DNA of 64,000 nt from an uncultured delta proteobacterium (lineage in GTDB: Bacteria > Desulfobacterota > Binatia > Binatales > Binataceae): contig CAWJET010000001.1 in NCBI GenBank assembly GCA_963842085.1, forward strand, positions 1,248,001 to 1,312,000, read 5' to 3'. The notes beneath the pieces are model-generated. The model was given only the letters and a program-made list of their open reading frames with translations, did not search any database and was not told where the DNA came from. Shown here one piece after another: positions 1-8,570 of this stretch. The first letter of the stretch is position 1. Each line of letters opens with the position of its first letter. The position numbers and the translations under genes were made by a program.

Positions 1-1
1 C

Positions 2-94
2 ATTCTTCATATTGATCCGCAAAACGAAGCAGCGAACGCGTATTTACAAGCGCGATGCATGGCGAGCGACGATCCGCGCCTCAAGGAAGAATAA
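2..94 (+). CDS. C-terminal end of a gene entering from the left, TPR-like
   Basis: Frame 2 reads ILHIDPQNEAANAYLQARCMASDDPRLKEE*; IDPxNxxAxxYL resembles a TPR turn. Confidence 0.45.
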   Translation: MLHIDPQNEAANAYLQARCMASDDPRLKEE

Positions 95-115
95 TTGAGC
101 TAATTTAGCTCAATT
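93..115. repeat. Perfect 11-bp inverted repeat (terminator or operator)
   Basis: AATTGAGCTAA-T-TTAGCTCAATT directly at the upstream gene's stop codon. Confidence 0.6.
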
Positions 116-182
116 TTGCATAATTCCAAATTTATTTGGGACATCCCCTCTCTCTGTTACTTAGGCCAGTCAGTTGCGATTT

Positions 183-520
183 AGGACAGTGCCAGCTTGG
201 GACGAAGCCTTGAACGAAAGAGACCGAGCGCCCTTTCGGGCCTAGTCCCTGTCTGTGGATTCCAAACCCCCGGTATCGTTCAAGGGAAGGCTGGGTGCTC
301 CGCGGCCCTTCCAAATCGGCGCTCAAACTCTCAGGGCTCTCGAAGGATTGTTAATCCTCCGCGTGCTCACGGGCTAAACCACCCGCGAAGGGTGCCACCC
401 GTCCCCGGATTGCCCGCAAACACCGCGTGACGAGAAGGCATCCTGGACCGAAGTCCGGCACTCCGCCGTCCTCAGCCGGCGTTTGAAGTCAGCGGTTCTT
501 CAAGCCTGATGTCGCGTGCC
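183..520 (-). ncRNA. Putative large structured non-coding RNA, family not recognised
   Basis: Closing helix 183-195/455-472; helix 208-217/276-285; minus-strand UUCG and GAAA hairpins; candidate promoter TTGAGA-16-TAAAGT at 555-528; no credible ORF. Confidence 0.45.
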
Positions 521-876
521 GCAATTAACTTTACGGTGCATAATGATTTTCTCAAGTGCAGACGCGGCCAAAATGATCCAACAATCAAGACCGATTTGGG
601 AGACACAACACTAGTTTGCCGTCTTCGACGTATAGCGCCTGAGCGCTCGTCGTTAAGAATCGATCGCGAATCACACCGGAGGTTTGCCCACCGCGGCGAG
701 GCTGGTGATAGCCGATGACGAGCTTGTTGCGGCGGGCGGAGCGGAGGTACCACGCAGCGCGTGGCGTCGACGGCGGCCATCGACGCAGCCTGTTGGCAGA
801 ACGTTATAGCCCGAGTTCCCAGATGGTCTGGGGCGCAAGGTTCCATGATTCGGGCTTTCATGCTACATAGCTATAT

Positions 877-1200
877 ATGCGAACACTGGGACGGTTCATC
901 GTTGAGCGGCGCAAGGAGCTTGGACTGGCCGGACGCGAGGTGGTGGCGGAGGTGCGCAACTCCGATGGCAAGCCGATCTCGATTCCGTTCCTGGTCGACC
1001 TCGAACACGACCGCCGCAAGCCTTCCGACGAAGTGCTTGAACAACTCGCCAAGGTTCTCAAGGTCGATTCGGATGTGCTCTACTTTTTGGCAGGGCGGTT
1101 TCCCGCCGACCTCAGCGCGACGACCGTCAACAGTGCGCAGGAACTCGCGGCTGGCTGGAAGGCGTTTCGCCGAGAAGTTAAGCGCAAGAAGCGGCCGTGA
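877..1200 (+). CDS. XRE-family HTH repressor (ImmR-like)
   Basis: N-terminal HTH with LEHDRRKPSDEVLEQLAKVL; coupled to a metallopeptidase; near-identical copy at 51630. Confidence 0.85.
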   Translation: MRTLGRFIVERRKELGLAGREVVAEVRNSDGKPISIPFLVDLEHDRRKPSDEVLEQLAKVLKVDSDVLYFLAGRFPADLSATTVNSAQELAAGWKAFRREVKRKKRP

Positions 1201-1862
1201 AGATGATACCGGACAGGACCCGACGCTTCCCGGAGCGTCCGCACTGGGAGATCCGGGAGCTCGAGCAGATGTGCGAGGAGAGGATCACCACCTTTCTGCG
1301 CCTGCACTTCGGGTTTGAGCGCATCCCGGTTCCGACCGAGGCGGTCACGATGTTGATCGAGCGTGACGCCGCCGACCTCGACCTGGCAACGAATCTTTCC
1401 GACGACATCCACGAGGTCTTTGGGTTCACCCAGTTCGAGCGCGGCCGAAAGCCGCGGGTCGCAATCGCGCGCGAACTGTGGGAGCAACGGCATCGCAACA
1501 ATCGGTTGCGTACAACCCTGACCCACGAATATGGCCACGTGATGCTCCACACCTGGCTGTACGACAAGTACGGCGTTGCCGGCGGTCCGCATCGCTGTTA
1601 CTGGCAGAGCCTGCTTCCAACCGAGCGGGTGTTCGACTGGTTTGAGTGGCAGGCGGGCTACGCCTCAGGTGCCTTGCTGATGCCGGAGAGCTTTGCGCGG
1701 CGCACGGTCGAGGCGTATTTCCAGAATCGATCCGAGCGTCCGCCGGTGGCCAAGGAATCGCCGGAAGCGTCAGTGCTCTGCCAGCGTATCTCCCTCGCGT
1801 TCGATGTATCCGTCGAGGCCGCCACCGTGCGGCTCTCCCAGCTCGGCTATCTGACCGCGTAG
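1197..1862 (+). CDS. ImmA/IrrE-family metallopeptidase
   Basis: RTTLTHEYGH (HExxH) and EWQAGYASGALLMP motifs; GTGA overlap with the repressor. Confidence 0.88.
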   Translation: MKMIPDRTRRFPERPHWEIRELEQMCEERITTFLRLHFGFERIPVPTEAVTMLIERDAADLDLATNLSDDIHEVFGFTQFERGRKPRVAIARELWEQRHRNNRLRTTLTHEYGHVMLHTWLYDKYGVAGGPHRCYWQSLLPTERVFDWFEWQAGYASGALLMPESFARRTVEAYFQNRSERPPVAKESPEASVLCQRISLAFDVSVEAATVRLSQLGYLTA

Positions 1863-1909
1863 CCTGCCAACCAAACCCTCGACCTTTTCGTCCAGACCGA
1901 TCTTCCCAC

Positions 1910-1946
1910 TTGACACTCGCGCCGTGTATCGCTACATAGCGAGTTA
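1910..1946 (+). promoter_or_regulatory. Sigma70-like promoter overlapped by a GCTA-N2-TAGC operator
   Basis: TTGACA at 1910 and GCTACATAGC-GAGTTA starting 21 bp later; same geometry at 8087, 52661 and 59659. Confidence 0.7.
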
Positions 1947-1975
1947 GTCATGTAGCCAAGGGCTCCACAGTTCCC

Positions 1976-2305
1976 ATGATCCCAATCGCAGTAAAGCAAG
2001 CACCGAAGTCGAACCTCCGATGGCGCATCGCCGCCTGCGCCGCGGTCCTCCTCGCGCTTCATGCCGCGCCGTCGTCGGCCGCACAATACGCCGATGTCCT
2101 GCCTTGGGATCAGACGCTCGGCGCGCTTCAGGACATCCTTATCGGTCCCGTGGCTCACGCAGTAATAGCGCTGAACTTCACGTTGTCGGCGATCCTGTAC
2201 GCGGTCGGCAGCCATCAGCGAGCAGGCCGCTTATTGGCTGGCGGATTGGCAGCTTACGCCGCGCTGATTGCTGTTCACTTGCTGACTTTTCTCTTGCCCT
2301 TTTGA
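1976..2305 (+). CDS. TrbC/VirB2-family pilin-like protein
   Basis: Signal peptide, LPWDQTL..LQDILIGPVA motif, two hydrophobic helices. Confidence 0.72.
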   Translation: MIPIAVKQAPKSNLRWRIAACAAVLLALHAAPSSAAQYADVLPWDQTLGALQDILIGPVAHAVIALNFTLSAILYAVGSHQRAGRLLAGGLAAYAALIAVHLLTFLLPF

Positions 2306-2342
2306 GCAGTCCATTCCAAACGACCATTGGTGGAGGTCCGAT

Positions 2343-2618
2343 ATGAAACTCGCACGCATCGCAAAGCCGCTTCGTTCCCTACAGATGCGCGTGACGCTGC
2401 CCGGCGACCTGAACGCCGCGCTCGAGAGCTACGCGCGCTATTACGAACACGTTCACCGCGAGGCCGTGGATTCGAAGGCGCTGATTCCGGAGATTCTCAG
2501 TGCCTTCCTCGACGCCGACCGTGAGTTCCAGTCGTGGTCGCGCTCTGGCGCTCACAGTCAGCAGCGCCACGCCCGAACCGCGTTTTCGACCAACGGCAGC
2601 ACCAAGGCACAACGGTGA
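2343..2618 (+). CDS. DUF2274-family protein
   Basis: L.AALESYARYY....LIPEILSAFLDADREF pattern typical of DUF2274. Confidence 0.75.
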   Translation: MKLARIAKPLRSLQMRVTLPGDLNAALESYARYYEHVHREAVDSKALIPEILSAFLDADREFQSWSRSGAHSQQRHARTAFSTNGSTKAQR

Positions 2619-2643
2619 CTGCCTTCAACGCCAGCACCTATGC

Positions 2644-2681
2644 CGTGCTTCGCACGTGTCTGCAATTGACACGTCACTCAT
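2644..2681. promoter_or_regulatory. Candidate oriT hairpins
   Basis: Two overlapping inverted repeats conserved with covariation at 53392-53430; upstream of RHH-T4CP-relaxase as in trwABC-type loci. Confidence 0.4.
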
Positions 2682-2818
2682 CGCCTGGATGAACGCGAAT
2701 CGTGCAAGTGCCCGTAAACATTGCGCAGACGCTGTCTACAGCAACACGCGTGAAGCAGGCTAAGTCCCCGCCAAATCAGCGTAAACACCCGTCTACAGCA
2801 CCCTTTGGAGAATCAGAC

Positions 2819-3163
2819 ATGAGCACCCGATCGATCTCAACCCGAGTCCCGCAGGAAATCGCCGATCACCTCGCGGCCGAAGCGCGCCGCCGAAGCGTCA
2901 CCGAGAGCGATCTCATCCGCGAGATTCTCGCCGTGCGCTATCTCGCCGCCGGTCCATCACAGATGGAACCTCAGCCACACAGCCAACCGTTGGACGGGTA
3001 CGCGCAGCTCATCTTCGAGATCGCCAAGACCCGTTCCGTCGTTCTGCATTCGCTCGACCACACGCTGGGAGCGGACGTGGTCGACGAGATCATCGAGGCC
3101 TCCGAGCAGACCGCAAGAGAACACGTCGCGCAGGTGCTCAAGAGCAAGGAGATCCAGTCATGA
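2819..3163 (+). CDS. Ribbon-helix-helix relaxosome accessory protein (TrwA-like)
   Basis: GGAG RBS; SISTRVPQEIADHLAAEARRRSVTESDLIREIL RHH pattern; position before the T4CP. Confidence 0.65.
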   Translation: MSTRSISTRVPQEIADHLAAEARRRSVTESDLIREILAVRYLAAGPSQMEPQPHSQPLDGYAQLIFEIAKTRSVVLHSLDHTLGADVVDEIIEASEQTAREHVAQVLKSKEIQS

Positions 3164-4953
3164 CGCCCGCCATCCGTCAGGCAATTCACGAACACACTCT
3201 CCTTGCTTCGCTGGAGTTCAGACTCAGAGAGGCGCTCCGCTACCTCCTTCTGACTGCGGTGATTTGGGTCGAGATGACAGTGTGCCTCGTCTGGCACTGG
3301 ACCGGACATTATGGTGGCCCCGCCGCGCACCGCTATTTCATTCGCTGGTTTCTGGCGTGGTTCCTGACTCAGGAAATTCCGCTGACCTTCGCGTCGCTCC
3401 CCTACCGCGGCGGGCGCTACACCATCACCAGCATGTACGCCTTTCTCAATTACAAGTATTACCTCGGCGGCTCGTTCGCTTCATGGTATTGGCATTACGC
3501 CCCCTGGGGCGCGGTACTCACCGGTCTGATCGAGGCAGCGTGCATCGCCGTTCTCTTCCTGCGGCTGGGTCCATCAGAAGCCAGACATATTCGCGGCATC
3601 ACTCTGGTTTCGGCGCGCAAACTCGCCCGCAAGCTGGGCAGCCGCGCGGGCATTCAGCTGGCCGGCATTCGGATACCGCGCGCGCTGGAGTGCCAACACT
3701 TTCTCATCGCCGGCTCGACCGGCTCCGGCAAGTCGGTCGCGATACGTTCGCTGCTGCGACAGATCAAGGAGCGGGGAGAGACCGCGGTCGTCGTGGACCC
3801 GGAGTGCGAGTTCGTCGCGGAGTTCTACCAGCCCGGTCGCGGCGACTTCATCCTGAATCCGCTCGACGCCCGCTGCCCACGCTGGTCACCTTTGTATGAG
3901 CTCCGCGATGAGAGTCACGACGCAGACTGCGAGGCGCTAGCCGCCTCGCTGCTCCCTGATCCACCCGATGCTTACCACGAGGGTGGGGCGAGCTTCTTCT
4001 TCCGTCAGAGCAGCCGGACGCTGCTGACGAGCATCTTCCGCATAGCCGAGCCCAAGGAAGCCGCGTCGATCCCGCGCCTGCTGACCCTGCCGCGAGCTGA
4101 TCTCAGACGGGCGCTGGCAGGGACGCCAGCCGAAGCGCTCATCGATCCCGGAGCGCACGAGCAGGGTGCCGGCATAGTCGCCACCGCCGCGAATGCGACC
4201 AAGTCGTTCCAGTACCTGCCCGTGCAGGCGCCGCGAACTTGGAGCGCACTGGAGTGGTCGGCGCAGCGCAACGGCTGGCTCTTCCTGACTTCGTCGGAGG
4301 AGTCAAAGGACGCTGCGCTTCAGCTGCAGAGCGTGTGGCTCGATTGCATCATCCATCGGCTGATGAGCGGCGAAGTTGGGCCGCGCCGACGTGAACAGGT
4401 CTGGATAGTAGCCGACGAGCTTGCGGTGCTGAGACGGCAGGCGAAGCTCGAGGATCTGGTCGTCCGCGGGCGTAAGCGCGGCCTCGCGGTCGTGCTTGGC
4501 TTTCAGGCCATCACCCAATTGCGAACGATTTACGGCGCCAACCAGGCCGCCACACTGGTCGCCTCGCCCGCCACCAAGCTGATTCTGAGAACCGGAGAGC
4601 CTGAGACGGCGCAATGGTGCAGCGCGCAGATCGGCGAGCACGAGGTTGAGCGCGGCCATCTGAGCGCTAACGCGAGCCATGGAGAGCGATACTCGTTCGG
4701 TATTCGCGAACAGCGAACGACCGAACCCGCGGTGATGCCCGCCGAGATGCAGCTGCTCCAGCCGCTGTCGGGCTACCTCTGCATCACAGGTCATCACCGC
4801 TCGTTCGTGCGCTTCGACTATCTTGCGCCCGAAGTCCGACAGGAAGGTTTCATCCCGCGCGTCAATCTGCCTGCGCCGGTGAAGCCAGCGCGACGGGCGC
4901 AGGTGATCCCGCTGCATTCCGCAGCGGCGAGCAAACGAAGGGAACGGATCTGA
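3160..4953 (+). CDS. Type IV coupling protein, TrwB/TraD family
   Basis: Two N-terminal TM segments, Walker A GSTGSGKS, NPLDARCPRW, Walker B WIVADEL, GRKRG. Confidence 0.92.
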   Translation: MTPAIRQAIHEHTLLASLEFRLREALRYLLLTAVIWVEMTVCLVWHWTGHYGGPAAHRYFIRWFLAWFLTQEIPLTFASLPYRGGRYTITSMYAFLNYKYYLGGSFASWYWHYAPWGAVLTGLIEAACIAVLFLRLGPSEARHIRGITLVSARKLARKLGSRAGIQLAGIRIPRALECQHFLIAGSTGSGKSVAIRSLLRQIKERGETAVVVDPECEFVAEFYQPGRGDFILNPLDARCPRWSPLYELRDESHDADCEALAASLLPDPPDAYHEGGASFFFRQSSRTLLTSIFRIAEPKEAASIPRLLTLPRADLRRALAGTPAEALIDPGAHEQGAGIVATAANATKSFQYLPVQAPRTWSALEWSAQRNGWLFLTSSEESKDAALQLQSVWLDCIIHRLMSGEVGPRRREQVWIVADELAVLRRQAKLEDLVVRGRKRGLAVVLGFQAITQLRTIYGANQAATLVASPATKLILRTGEPETAQWCSAQIGEHEVERGHLSANASHGERYSFGIREQRTTEPAVMPAEMQLLQPLSGYLCITGHHRSFVRFDYLAPEVRQEGFIPRVNLPAPVKPARRAQVIPLHSAAASKRRERI

Positions 4954-4956
4954 GCC

Positions 4957-7689
4957 ATGCTGGTAATGTCGAAAGGCGCGCTCAGTGTCGGCCAGGCCGA
5001 GACCTACTATCAGGAGAAGTACTCCGAGGATGATTACTATACCGAGTCGCACCGCGTCACCGGCGAATGGTACGGAGGAGGGGCCGAAACTCTCGGGCTG
5101 AGCGGCGCAGTCAGCGAGGAGGATTTTCGGACCGTGCTGCGGGGAATGAGACCCGGTACGAGCGCGGTCCTCGTCAGCGCCGCCGCCGGCCGGGACGAGC
5201 GCCGCGCAGGCTGGGATGCGACCTTCAATGCGCCCAAGTCAGTCAGCATCCAGGCGCTGGTTGGCGAAGATTCGCGCCTGCTAGAGGCGCACCGGCGTGC
5301 GGTCGAGCGCGCGCTTTCGGAACTTGAAAAGTTCGCCCAGGCGCGTCAACACCGGGGACAGGAGTGGGTTACCAGCGCCAACATCGTGGCCGCCCGCTTC
5401 GACCACATTGCCGCGCGGCCATCGGAGACCGGTGCTAAAGACGGCTACGGCCCCGACCCTCACCTCCACACCCACGTCGTAATCGCCAACATGACGCTTA
5501 GGCCGGACGGCATGTGGCGGAGTCTCGACCCGGTTGAGATCTATCGCAGCCAGAGCTTCGCGACCGCGGTTTACCGCTCGGAACTTGGCCGCGAGGTCCA
5601 AGCGCTTGGGTATCGAATCAGCGTGACTGCGGCCGACGGGCGCTGGGAGCTGCAGGGATACACGCGCGAACAGGTAATGGCGTTTTCGCGCAGACGCCAG
5701 GACATTGAAGCACTTCTGAATCGCCAAAACTCGACCGGAGCGGCAGCGGCGCAGATCGCCGCCCATCAGAGCCGGCTTGCCAAAGAAAAGCGCAACGAAA
5801 ACGAGCTTCGCGCGGAATGGAAGGCGCGCGCTCATGACAATCAAATCGCGGTCGCCGAGATTTCGGAACTCGCGCTCGCACGCGGCCCCTCGCGGGCGGT
5901 TTCTCCGGTGGCGATCGAGGAAGCGCTCAGCTTCAGCGTAGCTCACAACACCGAACGCGAGGCCGTTACTGACCGGCGGGCTCTGGAACGCACCGCTCTT
6001 CAGTACGCGATGGGAATCGCCGATCTCGAGGGCGTGCGGCGCGAGACCGGCATTCGGGAATCACGTGGCGATCTAATCGCCCTCGCTGTCTCCCCTTCGT
6101 TCCCGGGAGTCGTCTACACCACACCCGAGATGGTGGCGCTGGAGCGCGAGAATCTCGAACTTATGCGCCTCGGCAGAGGGCGCGCCCAGGCGATCACTAC
6201 CGAACAGCACGCGCGCAGTTGGGCGTCGGGGCGCTCGATATCCGCCGAACAGGCACAGGCCGCGGCGCTGACACTGACTGCTACCGATTGGCTTACCTCG
6301 ATCGAGGGGCGCGCAGGCGCAGCGAAGACGACTACGGTTGGAGCGCTCAACGACTTCGCTGAGAACGCTGGCTACGCGGTGCGCGGTTTCGCTCCGACCA
6401 CGCGCGCGGTCAAGGCGTTGTCCGAAGCGGGCATCGAGTCGAGGACCGTGGCAAGTCTGCTCGCAAGCCCGCTTCCTGATCGGGCACCCAAAGAGGTGTG
6501 GATCATCGATGAGTCGAGCTTGCTCGGTACTCACCAGATGAACGCCCTGCTGCACAAGGCGCGAGAGGCCGGGGCCGGTCGGGTCGTCTTCGTCGGCGAT
6601 CAGCGCCAGCATCACGCCATCGAGGCCGGCCGGCCCATCCAACAGATGCAGCAGGCGGGCATGTCCGTCGCGCGATTGGAGACCATCCGTCGCCAAGTCG
6701 ATCCCGGATTGCGTGAAGCGGTCACGCTCGCTTCGCGCGGAGAAATCGGACACGCGATCGCACTACTCGAGCAGCAGGGCCGCATCCGCGAGATTGTCGA
6801 TCCGAATGAGCGCCACGCAGCGATTGCGCGCGAATATCTTGCCGCGCACGAAGGAGCTGAAAAGGTTCTCGTCGTCAGCCCGGCCAACGACGAGCGCCGC
6901 CAGTTGAACGCCGCAATTCGCGCGGCCCTCAAGGACCGCGGGCACATCGGCTCCGACGGACGAGAACAGATCGTGCTCGTCAACCGCGATCTGACCCGAC
7001 CCCAGCGCAAACGCGTCCAGAGTTACGAGGTCGGCGACGTGCTCCGATTCCGCCGCGGAAGTGCGCGCCTGAGTATCGAGCGCGGAAGTTACGCCGGGAT
7101 CGAAGCAATCGATCCGGAACGGAACCAAATGGTGGTACGAGATGAAAGAGGAAAGGCTGTCACCTACGATCCCTCGCGCCTGTCCGGAGTCGAGGTCTTC
7201 CATCAAGAGCGGCGCGTATTCGGCATGGGCGACCGGATTCAATTCCGCGCGCCGGATCGTGCGCTCGGTGTCGCCAATGGAGAGTTTGCGGCAATCATTG
7301 CCATAGACGATCGCAAAGCACGTCTGCAGATCGACAACGGGCGCGAGATCAGCGCGGCCATCGCTCGTCTCAAGCACATCGACTACGGCTACGCGTCGAC
7401 TTCTCATTCAAGCCAGGGCGCCACGGTTGATCGTGTGATCGCAAATATCGATACGCTCCGCTCGGCTGAGCTTGTTAACCGCAAACAGTTCTATGTCTCG
7501 ATCAGCCGGGCACGCCTCGCAGCGACGATCTACACCGACGACCGTTCGGCCCTACAGCACGCGGTCAGCCGCACTCGCGAAAAGTCGATTGCCTTGGAGC
7601 GTCTCCATCTAAACGCGGGACGAGAAGTCACGATGGTTCCGGAACCACGCCGCCAGACCATCACGCCCAGCTACGGAATCCGCAGGTGA
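4957..7689 (+). CDS. MOBF (TrwC-family) relaxase-helicase
   Basis: YY..DDYY, DATFNAPKSVS, DPHLHTH (HUH); helicase motifs VGDQRQH, YASTSHSSQGATVD, YVSISRAR. Confidence 0.95.
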   Translation: MLVMSKGALSVGQAETYYQEKYSEDDYYTESHRVTGEWYGGGAETLGLSGAVSEEDFRTVLRGMRPGTSAVLVSAAAGRDERRAGWDATFNAPKSVSIQALVGEDSRLLEAHRRAVERALSELEKFAQARQHRGQEWVTSANIVAARFDHIAARPSETGAKDGYGPDPHLHTHVVIANMTLRPDGMWRSLDPVEIYRSQSFATAVYRSELGREVQALGYRISVTAADGRWELQGYTREQVMAFSRRRQDIEALLNRQNSTGAAAAQIAAHQSRLAKEKRNENELRAEWKARAHDNQIAVAEISELALARGPSRAVSPVAIEEALSFSVAHNTEREAVTDRRALERTALQYAMGIADLEGVRRETGIRESRGDLIALAVSPSFPGVVYTTPEMVALERENLELMRLGRGRAQAITTEQHARSWASGRSISAEQAQAAALTLTATDWLTSIEGRAGAAKTTTVGALNDFAENAGYAVRGFAPTTRAVKALSEAGIESRTVASLLASPLPDRAPKEVWIIDESSLLGTHQMNALLHKAREAGAGRVVFVGDQRQHHAIEAGRPIQQMQQAGMSVARLETIRRQVDPGLREAVTLASRGEIGHAIALLEQQGRIREIVDPNERHAAIAREYLAAHEGAEKVLVVSPANDERRQLNAAIRAALKDRGHIGSDGREQIVLVNRDLTRPQRKRVQSYEVGDVLRFRRGSARLSIERGSYAGIEAIDPERNQMVVRDERGKAVTYDPSRLSGVEVFHQERRVFGMGDRIQFRAPDRALGVANGEFAAIIAIDDRKARLQIDNGREISAAIARLKHIDYGYASTSHSSQGATVDRVIANIDTLRSAELVNRKQFYVSISRARLAATIYTDDRSALQHAVSRTREKSIALERLHLNAGREVTMVPEPRRQTITPSYGIRR

Positions 7690-7734
7690 CCGATTCATGC
7701 CGAGCGTTGCTGTCGAATCGTTCCGTCCATCGTC

Positions 7735-8020
7735 GCTGCGCTATGAGCGCGGGCACTCGGGCTCCGCAAGCTTCGCCGCTCGGCCACGCGGCGCACGGCG
7801 CCGCTCGCGCTCCGCTTCGCGCCGCTGCGAAGGTAGCGCTTGCTGCGCTTGCAAACGCGCCACCGGCGCTGTCGCGCCGGACGCTGCGCTCGTCACGGTT
7901 GCAGCGCTCCACTGCGCGCATCTCAGAATCCAGCGCCGCCCTCCAGACTCGGTTGAGAGGGCGGCGCCTTCAAAATGCTGCGCACTCACTCAGGCATCGG
8001 CACGCCCTGGCCCTTCGGGC
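7735..8020 (-). other. Conserved non-coding hairpin-rich region (ssDNA origin- or promoter-like)
   Basis: Eight GCTNCGC (GCGNAGC on minus) plus an 11-bp stem at 7933-7967; conserved at 59341-59612. Confidence 0.5.
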
Positions 8021-8086
8021 ACGCGGGCGGAGACAATTCAGATTGGAGCCCTCGGGCTTCGTAACAATGGCGGCTTAAATCTGCTC

Positions 8087-8123
8087 TTGACTTAAACTTC
8101 GTAATTAGCTAGATAGCTAGTTA
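8087..8123 (+). promoter_or_regulatory. xis promoter with GCTA-N2-TAGC operator
   Basis: TTGACT at 8087; GCTAGATAGC-TAGTTA at 8108. Confidence 0.65.
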
Positions 8124-8181
8124 TGCTGTAAAGGGAATTTCATTCGAGTCTGGACTGACAGCGCCAGCCAATTTTTGTTCG

Positions 8182-8472
8182 ATGGCTGCGAACCACAAAT
8201 TTGAACGCGAAAGCGAAGGAGCAGCGGCACGGCAAGTGGCGCTATCGGCTGTACTGCGCGCGACCGCTGGGGATGCCAAAGTCCTCGAACTCTATCAGCT
8301 TCTCACCGCAGAACAGGCGGCCCGCTTTCTCGGCCTGGCTGAGCCGACCCTTCGCGACATGACTTATCGACACGAGTTGCCTCACGTAAAGGTTGGCAAG
8401 AGAGGCGTCCGTTATCGCGTTATTGATTTGATTGGCTGGAGCGACCGGCGGAGTGTTGCAGCTGCATCTTGA
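8182..8472 (+). CDS. Excisionase-type HTH DNA-binding protein
   Basis: LLTAEQAARFLGLAEPTLRD..LPHVKVGKRGVRY; directly upstream of the integrase. Confidence 0.85.
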   Translation: MAANHKFERESEGAAARQVALSAVLRATAGDAKVLELYQLLTAEQAARFLGLAEPTLRDMTYRHELPHVKVGKRGVRYRVIDLIGWSDRRSVAAAS

Positions 8473-8570
8473 GCGAGTGATCACGAAATAGCGAAACCGT
8501 GCTGACCAGGCCTTTTGTAACAGGAAACACGCCTGCTACCGGCTGACCGGCGGAGGAGGAGGCGACGAAG

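Noticed and set aside
93-115. Seventh copy of the IME operator (GCTA-ATT-TAGC)
   Set aside because: The spacer is 3 nt instead of 2, there is no TTGAC at the conserved offset, and its position at a stop codon fits a terminator better
183-472. Assignment as 6S RNA, group I intron, RNase P or a c-di-GMP/cobalamin riboswitch
   Set aside because: Only short word matches; the putative group I P7 pairing is mismatched and conflicts with a stronger helix, and the overall architectures do not fit
7686-8095. Arg/Ala-rich ORFs between relaxase and xis (also 59286-59684)
   Set aside because: Low-complexity translations in several frames, frame not preserved at the 3' end between copies, and conservation better explained by DNA hairpins
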